A stretch of 40,439 nt of DNA, taken from positions 1 through 40,439 of the forward strand of contig DXJL01000114.1 of assembly GCA_019057635.1 (NCBI GenBank). The letters run 5' to 3'. The stretch's first letter is position 1. Each line of letters begins with the position of its first letter. Below the pieces are notes generated by a model. That model was given only the letters and a program-made list of their open reading frames with translations, searched no databases and was not told where the DNA came from. Made by a program: the position numbers and the translations under genes. Shown one piece after another: positions 9,757 through 18,700 of the stretch. This DNA comes from Candidatus Heimdallarchaeota archaeon. GTDB taxonomy: Archaea > Asgardarchaeota > Heimdallarchaeia > Hodarchaeales > Hodarchaeaceae.

Positions 9757-10230
9757 ATGTTATTATCACTTAAAATTGTACTAAGTTCTATTATTACTGT
9801 CTGTCTCTTGGGTTTAATTGTTGTTGGAGCTTTCATTATAAATCCAATATTATTTCTTGAAAGTGAGGATATTTCAGTAAATAACTCCCAGTATCTCTCT
9901 GCTCCTCGAGATAATATTCTGATTAATGATGTTTCGATGGTGGGAAATAAACTAGTAATTAACGCTTCTTATGGTGGTGGCTGTAAAGACCATATATTTT
10001 GTTTAATCGCTTCTGATACTTGGTTAGAGTCGTATCCTGTCCAAACTTCAATCCTCTTCAGTCATGAAGCAAATGAAGATATGTGTACTGCTTTTTTCAC
10101 GAAGCTCTTCATTTTTAATTTGTCACCACTGAAAGAGCGGTATAAGGACTTATATAGAGAGAACTCAGCAACCATTCGATTACGAATTGAAGGTGGATAT
10201 GAATTGGTTGAAATTAGTTATTCATTCTAA
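9757..10230 (+). CDS. hypothetical exported/membrane-anchored protein (YGGGC motif)
   Basis: N-terminal TM segment, SYGGGCKDH..ESYPVQ..H....D.C pattern. Confidence 0.7.
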   Translation: MLLSLKIVLSSIITVCLLGLIVVGAFIINPILFLESEDISVNNSQYLSAPRDNILINDVSMVGNKLVINASYGGGCKDHIFCLIASDTWLESYPVQTSILFSHEANEDMCTAFFTKLFIFNLSPLKERYKDLYRENSATIRLRIEGGYELVEISYSF

Positions 10231-10243
10231 TTTTACCTCAAAT

Positions 10244-10792
10244 TCATTCTTGTGTATCTGAACTTGGATTATTTTTATCTAAGTCCTGATAATACATGGT
10301 AATGAGATCCTGATGATCAAATCCCACTCCTTCGTAAGCTCGACGAGCTGGAATATGAGCATCATCTAAACCAGTTTCTACTAATGCAAATCTAAGGCCA
10401 GTTGATTTAAAAAATTTTAAAACCTGTCGATACATAAATTTCCCCCATCCTTGACCTGCATAAGCAGGTAGGACTCCACTATTATCAAAAATTCCATAAT
10501 TCTTCTCAGGCTTAAGCTTGAAGGATACAAATCCGAAAATTAAATCCTGTTCTTCTAAAACCCATAACCAATCAGGATGCTCTGCGAATAAATTGTGATT
10601 CTGTATCGTTTTGCTTTTAGGCCAGGGTAAATCAGGTTTATGATATATCTCTTTATAAATTTCCTTTCCCACCATTTCTACAAAGCTCTCATAAATAGCA
10701 GAGTAACAAATCATCGTGAGTTCATCGATTTGAGGAAAATCTTTCTCTGTGGCATGGCGAAGAATCACCTGATTCTTTTGACTAATAATCAC
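10244..10792 (-). CDS. GNAT family N-acetyltransferase
   Basis: VLPAYAGQGWG acetyl-CoA motif A and PARRAYEGVGF motif B. Confidence 0.88.
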   Translation of the reverse strand: MIISQKNQVILRHATEKDFPQIDELTMICYSAIYESFVEMVGKEIYKEIYHKPDLPWPKSKTIQNHNLFAEHPDWLWVLEEQDLIFGFVSFKLKPEKNYGIFDNSGVLPAYAGQGWGKFMYRQVLKFFKSTGLRFALVETGLDDAHIPARRAYEGVGFDHQDLITMYYQDLDKNNPSSDTQE

Positions 10793-10849
10793 CTACATTT
10801 CACCCTATTTATACACTTATTCTGAAAAGTTTTTTCTCTTCTTATCGAT

Positions 10850-11482
10850 TCAATGATTTCTTTTTTTATCAGTCGAATCAGGTATCATTACTTCTTGGTT
10901 ATTTAAGTAAACACTACATGTGTTGCTGGTTAACTGAATTATTGAATGAGGAAGCTTTTTAACAAATTTACTGGAGAGAACAAGTTCGTTCAAGTTTCTG
11001 AGATTACCAATTACTTCAGGGATTGAAAAAAGGTTATCTTCAAGTATATAAAGAATCTGGAGATTATTTAGCTTTTCAATTGACTTCGGTATCACTGTAA
11101 GCTGATTTCCTCCAATATAGAGTTCTTTTAATGAAATTAAAGATCCGATCTTTGTGGACAATTCATTCAATCCACAATTCACGAAATTAAGGACTTCTAA
11201 GTTCTTCAGGGCCCATATTTCGTTCGGAAGAGCGTTTAATTCTTGAGAATAGAATCCGAAACCAGTAATGGCTTTGTTGTGAAGAAACACTCCAAAATCA
11301 TTCCATATCACTTGAGAATCAAGAAGTGGAATTTTTCTCTGTAATCGTTCTTCGATTATACCTAGAATCCTAATTTCATTCCTACTATCAAGATATTTTG
11401 CCCAGATCAAATTTTCACCATCCAAGTAATTTAGGTCAAATGTCTGTTTATTTTCTTTCTGAGGAAGAACAATTTTGTTCAA
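10850..11482 (-). CDS. leucine-rich repeat protein
   Basis: Repeated LxxLPxxIxxLxNLxxLxL units. Start codon uncertain. Confidence 0.85.
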   Translation of the reverse strand: MNKIVLPQKENKQTFDLNYLDGENLIWAKYLDSRNEIRILGIIEERLQRKIPLLDSQVIWNDFGVFLHNKAITGFGFYSQELNALPNEIWALKNLEVLNFVNCGLNELSTKIGSLISLKELYIGGNQLTVIPKSIEKLNNLQILYILEDNLFSIPEVIGNLRNLNELVLSSKFVKKLPHSIIQLTSNTCSVYLNNQEVMIPDSTDKKRNH

Positions 11483-11553
11483 CTTGTGGAGCTATTATTG
11501 AATTTAACGAGCGGTACTGTCCCAGATGTGGATCTGCGCCTCATAACTTCTGA
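11440..11553 (+). CDS. small zinc-ribbon protein (37 aa), absent from ORF track
   Basis: Manual translation MSVYFLSEEEQFCSTCGAIIEFNERYCPRCGSAPHNF*, containing CxxCG-x9-CPxCG. Confidence 0.6.
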   Translation: MSVYFLSEEEQFCSTCGAIIEFNERYCPRCGSAPHNF

Positions 11554-12008
11554 GTTTCTTCCTCTAGAAGATTGTTATGCAGTTGTTGTAAATAAATTTC
11601 AAACTGATCTCTCTCTTCATTTGTAAAATTCTTATAAAAAATTTCAGTCATCTTTTTCGATACTAAAATATAATGTGATTGTAATTGTTTATTTTTGGCA
11701 GTAACAAAAATTAATATTTTCCTTCTATCATTTGTCGAGTGAACTCTTTTAATGAGTCCAGATTTTTCTAAACGATCCAACATCGGAGTTAAAGTTGATT
11801 TACTGAGTCCTGTTTCTTTAGAAAGTTTAATAATAGATAATCCATTATTTTGCCATAAAGCAAATAGAATTCTTCCTTGTGCAGGATTAATGTCTTGTAT
11901 GTTGTGCTCTTTGAGCTTCTTCGCAAAGATACGTCCACTTCTTTGATGTATTTTTGCAATCAAGTAACCCGCTGCTCGTTGCTCTTTCATAGAACTCATG
12001 AAACTCAC
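11541..12008 (-). CDS. MarR family transcriptional regulator
   Basis: INPAQGRILFALW..LSKSTLTPMLDRLEKSGLIKR..DRRKILI. 4-bp ATGA overlap with the upstream gene. Confidence 0.92.
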   Translation of the reverse strand: MSFMSSMKEQRAAGYLIAKIHQRSGRIFAKKLKEHNIQDINPAQGRILFALWQNNGLSIIKLSKETGLSKSTLTPMLDRLEKSGLIKRVHSTNDRRKILIFVTAKNKQLQSHYILVSKKMTEIFYKNFTNEERDQFEIYLQQLHNNLLEEETQKL

Positions 12009-12466
12009 GTAAACTGAAATTTAAATTTACCCTTATACCAAACCTCGACGGTTTTTGGTTGTAACTTGAGAATGGTATAATCTTCATCTTCAATCCCTTT
12101 TGGGTAATATCTATCCCACCAATCAAGCCAAAGCTCCTTTTTTATCGTCTCATCTGTCACAATTTCAATATTCCCTCCAAGTGTTAATCCTCTAAAATCT
12201 TCAGGATCCGTAAAACATAGAGATACCGCAGTATTAGTACGGATATGTTTCACTTTGGTAGATGATGTATTTGTGGAAATATAGATCAGAAGATCTTCCT
12301 TTTGATTTTCAAATATCTTAGCGAGTGTGGGGAACTGTTTTATATTTCTGAGATTGAATATTGCTCTCGTATGAGGATATCCAGTTTCGTCCATAGTTGT
12401 GAAGCATGTTACATTAGCTTCTTGCATTAATTTAATACTAAAATCTTTCATTTCTTGTTCGTTCAT
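12005..12466 (-). CDS. pyridoxamine 5'-phosphate oxidase-like (general stress protein 26-like) FMN-binding protein
   Basis: GYPHTR, STNTSSTKVKHIRTN..VSL, LW..W..YYPKG.ED.DY..L pattern. Confidence 0.85.
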   Translation of the reverse strand: MNEQEMKDFSIKLMQEANVTCFTTMDETGYPHTRAIFNLRNIKQFPTLAKIFENQKEDLLIYISTNTSSTKVKHIRTNTAVSLCFTDPEDFRGLTLGGNIEIVTDETIKKELWLDWWDRYYPKGIEDEDYTILKLQPKTVEVWYKGKFKFQFT

Positions 12467-12488
12467 CGTGGATCAATTTTTCATATTT

Positions 12489-12533
12489 GTACGATATAAG
12501 ATAATACGATATAGGAATGTTCTATATCGAACT
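12489..12533. promoter_or_regulatory. three tandem 15-bp imperfect palindromes, putative MarR operator
   Basis: GTACGATATAAGATA / ATACGATATAGGAAT / GTTCTATATCGAACT, lying between a minus-strand TATA-like TTTATTAG (~12532-12539) and the operon start. Confidence 0.55.
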
Positions 12534-12621
12534 AATAAAGCTGTTGATTATGACAAAAATTTAGGCTAATAATTTAAACGGCAGAAGTTAAGGAGCGAGG
12601 TGTGGGTTGTGAACATCTAAA

Positions 12622-13446
12622 ATGATTCATCTTTTTGCTATTTGTAACATTGAGACTGGAATTGGACACGAAATTTTCTTGAATGACGATATTGATTTAA
12701 AAGTGGACCCTACTCTCCTCTGGCCTTTAGTGAGCGCGTTAACTGCTTTCTCTAGAGAGTTCGCAGGAGAAGGTAAATTACGTAGTATTCATTTAGCTAA
12801 TTTTCAATTAGTGATGTACAATCCGAAAGAAGAAAACACTATACCAATAGCCTATATTGTATTACAGGATATTTTTGATAATGTGGGGTATACAAAAGCC
12901 AAAATCGAAGCTATCGATAGAAATTTGAACGTCTTTCTCTCATCAATTGTAGACTCCAATTTTTCAAGACTAAATGTCATTCCTTTGTCGGAACAAACCC
13001 GAATAAAAGAAATTATACAATTTTCACAACATTTTCCCTCCCATCTCTCTAAACACATTACTACTGAAATTTCTCGGTTTGAAGCAAAAAATATGCTGGG
13101 TATGCGGTTTCTAAGTCTGTATATTGCCGATTTAGATGAAGGAATAATCAGGAACTTTGGTTTAAATGATCCAAATGAACGAGCAATATTTCAATCATTT
13201 ATACCAATTATTCCATCAGAAAAAGATCTCTGGTTAGAGGCAAAAAGGACTGAAACTGATGATTCAGAAGAAATGGATAGAGAGGGATGGATAATAAAGC
13301 GAATTGGGAAAAATACAGATTTTCTATTGATGTGTCGATTTTTCTACAATAATGACATTAAACCTTACCTAGAGGCATTGTTAAACAAAATCAATTCACA
13401 GCTTTATGAGGGAATAAAGGATGAATTACCCCCTCGGCCATTTTAG
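12622..13446 (+). CDS. longin-like domain protein (Asgard-type)
   Basis: N-terminal MIHLFAI....G..DPTLLWPLVSALTAFSREF...LRSI pattern resembles longin/sedlin-like domains. Confidence 0.55.
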   Translation: MIHLFAICNIETGIGHEIFLNDDIDLKVDPTLLWPLVSALTAFSREFAGEGKLRSIHLANFQLVMYNPKEENTIPIAYIVLQDIFDNVGYTKAKIEAIDRNLNVFLSSIVDSNFSRLNVIPLSEQTRIKEIIQFSQHFPSHLSKHITTEISRFEAKNMLGMRFLSLYIADLDEGIIRNFGLNDPNERAIFQSFIPIIPSEKDLWLEAKRTETDDSEEMDREGWIIKRIGKNTDFLLMCRFFYNNDIKPYLEALLNKINSQLYEGIKDELPPRPF

Positions 13447-13614
13447 TACCGATTAATTTTAGGTGAAGATTTGTTACTATATCGGTAATATTATAGTTGA
13501 AAATGCAATGGCTAATTGTCCAAATGGGTAAAGAATTGGGCCAATCATGAGTCAACTAAAAATGAGTGAATATAGACGGTTTCTCTTTTAAGGCTATTAA
13601 CCCAAATTGAAACT

Positions 13615-14037
13615 TTAATCAGCTCGTTCTTTCACAAACTTCACTGATTCACTAGCTAACGTTTTTAGAATATCACTATTCACATCAGAAAGTCTTTTGA
13701 GATACAAACAAGATTTTCCTGTTTTGTATTTTCCGAGTTTTGCTAATAAATCTTCATAATGATCAAAACCTGCCACGATATACAGTGTAAGATACTGCTT
13801 GCGAGGTGAAAATCCAATCAAGAACCAATCACCTTCCCGACCGCTCTTATATTTATAATGATAATCTCCAAAACCAACAATACTATTTCCCCACATACAG
13901 GGCTCTTCCTTTGTGACATCTTTCATTAGTTTTAAGACTTCAAAAGAATCAGCACGTTTTTTTGGATCAGTGACAGAATTCAGGAATTCTTCAACATTTT
14001 GATCATTCTTTTTAGTTTTTAATTCCGCCATAGACAA
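13615..14037 (-). CDS. DUF1801 (YdhG-like) protein
   Basis: MWGNSIVGFGDYHYKYKSGREGDW..GFSPRK..LGKYKTGKSCLY. Confidence 0.88.
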   Translation of the reverse strand: MSMAELKTKKNDQNVEEFLNSVTDPKKRADSFEVLKLMKDVTKEEPCMWGNSIVGFGDYHYKYKSGREGDWFLIGFSPRKQYLTLYIVAGFDHYEDLLAKLGKYKTGKSCLYLKRLSDVNSDILKTLASESVKFVKERAD

Positions 14038-14120
14038 ACCTATGAATCTCCAAAATAAAGGACTTCTTATTATCTAATCGTAAAAAAAATTTAATTGATC
14101 TCAGGAAAAGATGGTGTATA

Positions 14121-14663
14121 ATGACTATAGCGTTACTAATTCTTGATTTACAGGTTGGAAACTTCGTTGGATCAGCTCCAATATTCCAAGGTGACCTCTT
14201 ACTAGAGAATACTAAAAAAATTCTGTATGAAGCTAGAAAAGCAAATTGTAAAGTGATTTACATTCAAAATATAGGTGGAAAAGATGATCCAGATGAACTT
14301 GGATCTGAAGGGTGGGAAATTCATCCAAAGGTCAATCCACAAATCAAGGAACCCATTCTTCAGAAGACTACACCTGATTCTTTTCATAAAACAAACTTAG
14401 ACAAATTATTAAAATCAATGAGCACGAATGAAATTATTGTACTCGGACTTCAAACAGAATATTGCATTGATACGACTATAAGACAAGCCTTTAGTTTGGG
14501 ATATGATGTGACGCTTGTAAAAGACTGTCACAGTACATGGCCTTCTAAAAATCTTTCAGCATCCCAGATAATTGATCATCACAACAGTATTCTCGGAGGT
14601 TACTTTGCAAAATTAACAAGTGCGGATGAGCTTCTTCTTAAGCTTTCAACAATCCATTCTTAG
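14121..14663 (+). CDS. cysteine hydrolase (isochorismatase family)
   Basis: ALLILDLQ, KTTPDSF, GLQTEYCIDTT (D-K-C triad). Confidence 0.92.
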   Translation: MTIALLILDLQVGNFVGSAPIFQGDLLLENTKKILYEARKANCKVIYIQNIGGKDDPDELGSEGWEIHPKVNPQIKEPILQKTTPDSFHKTNLDKLLKSMSTNEIIVLGLQTEYCIDTTIRQAFSLGYDVTLVKDCHSTWPSKNLSASQIIDHHNSILGGYFAKLTSADELLLKLSTIHS

Positions 14664-14842
14664 ACCATAGAATAAATAAACCAGAAGTTAAGTGGTTTTC
14701 ATTAGATTAACTCTCCTTTACCGATGAAAATAGATTCTATGAATTTCTGACAGTTCATTTCTCCCAATTAATTCTGAGCGTTCGTCAGTTTTTAAGTCTG
14801 ATAAATCTCGTTATTCTTCTTCACAATTCCGTTTACAGATTT

Positions 14843-15235
14843 TCAGAGAGCAAAAGCAACTAAGAAAAGACAGATACATGCTGTCAAAGATATTGGAGTC
14901 ATAATTTGCTTTTCCAGCTTACTTTCAGATAGAAAATTTGCTACTGTGTTGAGAGCTAAATAAAATGCTAATACCCATACACCTAAATTAGCTAAATCAG
15001 GAAAGGGAAAATTTATAAGAATTTCCGCCCGAACTGCTACAAAAATTGATGCAATCACGAATATGATGATAGCTAACCCACTTAAAATTTTCATATTGTT
15101 CGGTAGAACCTCATATTTCCCTCCATAGGCTGCTTTTCCATATGGTTTTCCTAGAACAAGTAAGAATTGAAAAATACTAAGGCCTATAAAGATTAGAATC
15201 GCGATACCTGCAGAAATTAATGTAATAATGCTCAT
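14843..15235 (-). CDS. small membrane protein
   Basis: 4 TM segments, LGKPYGKAAYGG motif. Confidence 0.75.
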   Translation of the reverse strand: MSIITLISAGIAILIFIGLSIFQFLLVLGKPYGKAAYGGKYEVLPNNMKILSGLAIIIFVIASIFVAVRAEILINFPFPDLANLGVWVLAFYLALNTVANFLSESKLEKQIMTPISLTACICLFLVAFAL

Positions 15236-15398
15236 TTTTATTTCCTCAAGTCTTTTCTTAGAATGTTTATTGAGTTTCTTCGATAGGGATTATCTCGAGT
15301 AGATTTTATAAGAGCTATTTACGATTGACCTAGTTGTTATTTGAAAATTCTTCTTTAAATATATAAACAAAATTTCATTTGTTATTGGTGAAAAGAGC

Positions 15399-15713
15399 GT
15401 GTATGACTGTAAAATATCCATTATTAAAAGAACTGTTAATAGTGATATAATAAAGGAGTACGTAAAGGACGAGTATCATGACATAAAACCCTGTGAACGG
15501 TTTAAGGATGGACAGGAGTTTAAAATTACGAAAGAGAGTCGATATAAACCTCCAGAAGGTTTTTGCGAATGGGCGTGGGCAGATATACGACATGATCTTT
15601 TAACGCTTGCTTATGGAGGAAATATTCCTCATATGGTGGATGAAAATAGTAACATCGTTGGTTGTACCGATTGGTTTCGACCAGTATATTTTAAAATTGA
15701 ACGAGTAGAATGA
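15399..15713 (+). CDS. TIGR04076-like small Cys-containing protein
   Basis: PC..FK.GQEF..PEGFCEWAW..GCTDWFRPVYFKIER. Confidence 0.82.
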   Translation: MYDCKISIIKRTVNSDIIKEYVKDEYHDIKPCERFKDGQEFKITKESRYKPPEGFCEWAWADIRHDLLTLAYGGNIPHMVDENSNIVGCTDWFRPVYFKIERVE

Positions 15714-15728
15714 GATGATAAGTGAACA

Positions 15729-16640
15729 GTGTTGAAAACTTCAATTCAGGTACTTTTATATGGGCTAGAAAGGAGTGGAAAAACAACTCTCATAAATTCC
15801 TATCAAAAAGGTGAGTTTAAACCAGGAATACCATCAACCGCTCATCAATCTTATGATATCATACTCAACGGGAAAATTAATTTTACTATAATTGAGGTTG
15901 GTGGTAGAAAAGAAGTACGGAGGTTCGTTGAGGAATATTTGGAACATGTAGATGCAAGTATATTTGTTATTGATGGGAGTGAAGAAGAAAGTTTTCCTGA
16001 AGTACGGAGAGAATTCCTTAGAATTTTAAACAATCCTCTGATGTTAGGTAAGCCTTTAGCTATTGTTTTTAACAAAGTAGATATCGCAAGAACTCATCCT
16101 TCAGTAATTATTGATCAATTAGATATTTTAAATAGATATGATCGCCCACATCGTGTTTTTTCCACAACGGGGAAAATTCCCAAATCATTCGAACAAGTAC
16201 TCACATGGGTTCAGGAATGCTTGACGGAAGATAAATTTCCTCTTGAAGACCGTGTTTCAAGGCTTCTTTCTATATATATCTTTGATATACTTGTAGAAAA
16301 GAAATTAGGCTTACCATTATTATCCATCTTAGGTCAACTTGAGATAATATCACGCACAGGCCAAGTAGAATACAATCGGGATAAAATTTTGGGTTTGCTT
16401 CGCAAATTGCGTTCGAATGGTGAATTGGAATTTGATGATTTTAAGCAAGTCTGGAAAATTACTACCAAAGGACGTGAAAAATTACAAAATCCAGATCTGA
16501 TTAAGGGTACCAAATATGAGAAATTACGAGCCATTTTAGATGAGGATGAAACTAGTTCTCTAAATGAACAGAAGGAAATTCTAGAAGAATTTGATATCGA
16601 CGAACTAGCCGATTTATATAAAAAAACAACTAAAAGATGA
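15729..16640 (+). CDS. Arf-like small GTPase with C-terminal winged-helix-like domain
   Basis: G1 GLERSGKTT, variant G3 EVGGR, IFVID, G4 NKVD. C-terminal LRKLRSNGELE..WKITTKGREKL resembles a wHTH wing. Confidence 0.8.
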   Translation: MLKTSIQVLLYGLERSGKTTLINSYQKGEFKPGIPSTAHQSYDIILNGKINFTIIEVGGRKEVRRFVEEYLEHVDASIFVIDGSEEESFPEVRREFLRILNNPLMLGKPLAIVFNKVDIARTHPSVIIDQLDILNRYDRPHRVFSTTGKIPKSFEQVLTWVQECLTEDKFPLEDRVSRLLSIYIFDILVEKKLGLPLLSILGQLEIISRTGQVEYNRDKILGLLRKLRSNGELEFDDFKQVWKITTKGREKLQNPDLIKGTKYEKLRAILDEDETSSLNEQKEILEEFDIDELADLYKKTTKR

Positions 16641-16727
16641 TCTAGACCAAGATTAAGAATATATAAGGAAAAGGAAGTAAAGAACGGCCAATAATTACAT
16701 ATTCCAAGTATTAAAGCTGAGTCAAAA

Positions 16728-17348
16728 ATGTTAGACTATGTGATTATAGGGTATGTTGTAGGAATAAATCTGCTTTTATATCTAATGATCTCTTTACCAC
16801 TCGATTTTGTTACTTACAGACGTAAAGAAAGTACAAGGAAGGGAAACATCCGACCTGATGCAAAACAAGATAGTTTGTCAATAGTCACTTATTTTTCATC
16901 AATGGTAATCTGGTTTTTGATGATATGGATAGCAGTAGAAAATTTGTTTGATTCAAATGTCCTGTATCATCCATGGTTAACTGATTTGGGTTTCTATGGC
17001 TTTTTTATTCAATTTCTAGGCATTGTTGTTATTTCCTGTGCAACAGTTGTAGCAATCGGAGGACGCATCTCACGATGGAATCGTGCTTTCTCATGGGGAA
17101 TACCAATAATACTAGAAACAGGTGGGATGTATAGATATATCCGACACCCACTCTATGCTTCATACTGTTACTATTTCATAGGATTTCTATTTATAATGCA
17201 AAATCCTTTACTTTTGTTCCTCCTCCTTGGAATCCTAGGGTACTATAATATTTCCAAATATGAGGAAGAGATTTTAATAGAATATTTTGGCTTAGAATAC
17301 ATTACATATCGGAAAAAGACTAAGAGGTTTATTCCCTTTGTATGGTAG
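16728..17348 (+). CDS. isoprenylcysteine carboxyl methyltransferase / PEMT family membrane protein
   Basis: GMYRYIRHPLY and EEEILIEYFG.EY..Y...T.RFIP. Confidence 0.88.
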   Translation: MLDYVIIGYVVGINLLLYLMISLPLDFVTYRRKESTRKGNIRPDAKQDSLSIVTYFSSMVIWFLMIWIAVENLFDSNVLYHPWLTDLGFYGFFIQFLGIVVISCATVVAIGGRISRWNRAFSWGIPIILETGGMYRYIRHPLYASYCYYFIGFLFIMQNPLLLFLLLGILGYYNISKYEEEILIEYFGLEYITYRKKTKRFIPFVW

Positions 17349-17639
17349 AGCTTTCGATTTCAATTTAGAGACAGGTATGATGGACAAGGTATTTTTTAGA
17401 GTTATAACTTGAAAAAGACTTGTGACGATTAACGAAAGACTAGGCGAAAATTTGTTTAGAGAGAACTTGATGATAAAGATCAAATTTACTTATTAGATGG
17501 TATTCATGAAAGGATCCTGCTGGACTATATGAAGCAAATCAAAAAGAGAACTGATATCTTCCCTCTTTTTTTCTCCATAGCAGTTTGAATTAGTATTCTC
17601 GCTTTACAGTAACTATCCCGGTTTATTAAATGCTTCTTC

Positions 17640-18299
17640 CTAAGCATAACGTGTTACTTTTCGTGCTTCTCCTTCCGCTTCTTCTTTGGCTCTCTGAATT
17701 TGTAGTAATGCTTGAGAATCATCTTTTCTGTGTGATAAATGACCTTTAGTAGTTACAGTGTACCAAACTCCACTTAAAGCAAGAACATTATCAACTTCTT
17801 TGAGGAATGAGATAATTTCATCTGTTTCTGGATATCTTATCCATTGTATAGCAAAATCGAATTCACCAATAAGAGTAAGTGGCTTATTGTTGATTGTGCC
17901 TTCACGAAGAAGAGGTAATTGGTCAACTAAAGTATTCATTGCCTCCAAGGCAACGCTTATTCTTGGACCGAAAAATTTAAAAAAGGAATACGCTCCATTG
18001 GGGGTATCTTCTATTGCTTCTTCTATATCAATGTTCTTATCATCCTTTGTTGTTATAGTATAACGGGATTTCAGTCCGAGGAAGGATTCATCAATCAAAG
18101 TGACGAGTTCTAACAGTTCTACAATCGTAGGCTCCGAAGTCCATTCAAAAGTGAAGTCTACAGGGCCTATGATTGCTTTTCCATGGGAAAACACTTTTGA
18201 TTTAAGGGAACTATGCTCCTCAAGAGTATCAGATAGATTCACGAGTTTTTCTAGAGCGTTATGGATCTGGGGCCCGAAAAGCTTAATTTCACTCAACAC
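17640..18299 (-). CDS. hypothetical protein made of two tandem ~85-aa repeats
   Basis: Both halves share K.FGP.I..ALE..IG..DF...W...P...E..YT.TTK. Confidence 0.78.
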   Translation of the reverse strand: MLSEIKLFGPQIHNALEKLVNLSDTLEEHSSLKSKVFSHGKAIIGPVDFTFEWTSEPTIVELLELVTLIDESFLGLKSRYTITTKDDKNIDIEEAIEDTPNGAYSFFKFFGPRISVALEAMNTLVDQLPLLREGTINNKPLTLIGEFDFAIQWIRYPETDEIISFLKEVDNVLALSGVWYTVTTKGHLSHRKDDSQALLQIQRAKEEAEGEARKVTRYA

Positions 18300-18700
18300 A
18301 CAAATTGCTCCTTAGAGAATACAGAGCAACACCTAATATAAACCCTTTCACGGAGCGAGGTGAAAATTCCAGTTCTATTTCTTAACCTCGGTTGGGAATG
18401 CCATTTTCTCCATTCCTGTTGGAATTAAACTTGAGGATTAAAGAAAATAGTGGGAATTTCGGTTCTTATTCAGTTTTACAAGTGAATTCCTTACAAAGAA
18501 AGGTTGGTCTTGTATTTGTTGGAGATGAATTATATAAATTCGAATGTCTAGGTAGAGAAAAAACTGTTAATAGATCGAAAACCGTGATTACGATGGGAAA
18601 AACCACAAGCATACCCGTAGTACTTGTAATTATCCTTCTTGGAGTAAATCTGTCCTAATTTGTGAGAAAATATAATTGAAAAAGTGATGTTCTTGTCTCC

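Noticed and set aside
15729-17348. ICMT-family gene beside a small GTPase, suggesting eukaryote-like CAAX processing
   Set aside because: The GTPase ends in KKTTKR with no C-terminal Cys, and ICMT/PEMT-like proteins are widespread in prokaryotes.
17349-17639. Purine-rich stretch that might be a pseudogene remnant
   Set aside because: Only short stop-interrupted frames with no recognisable homology.
18392-18658. 88-aa plus-strand ORF in the gap before nadA
   Set aside because: TTG start, no domain-like features, and no frame on either strand looks convincingly coding.
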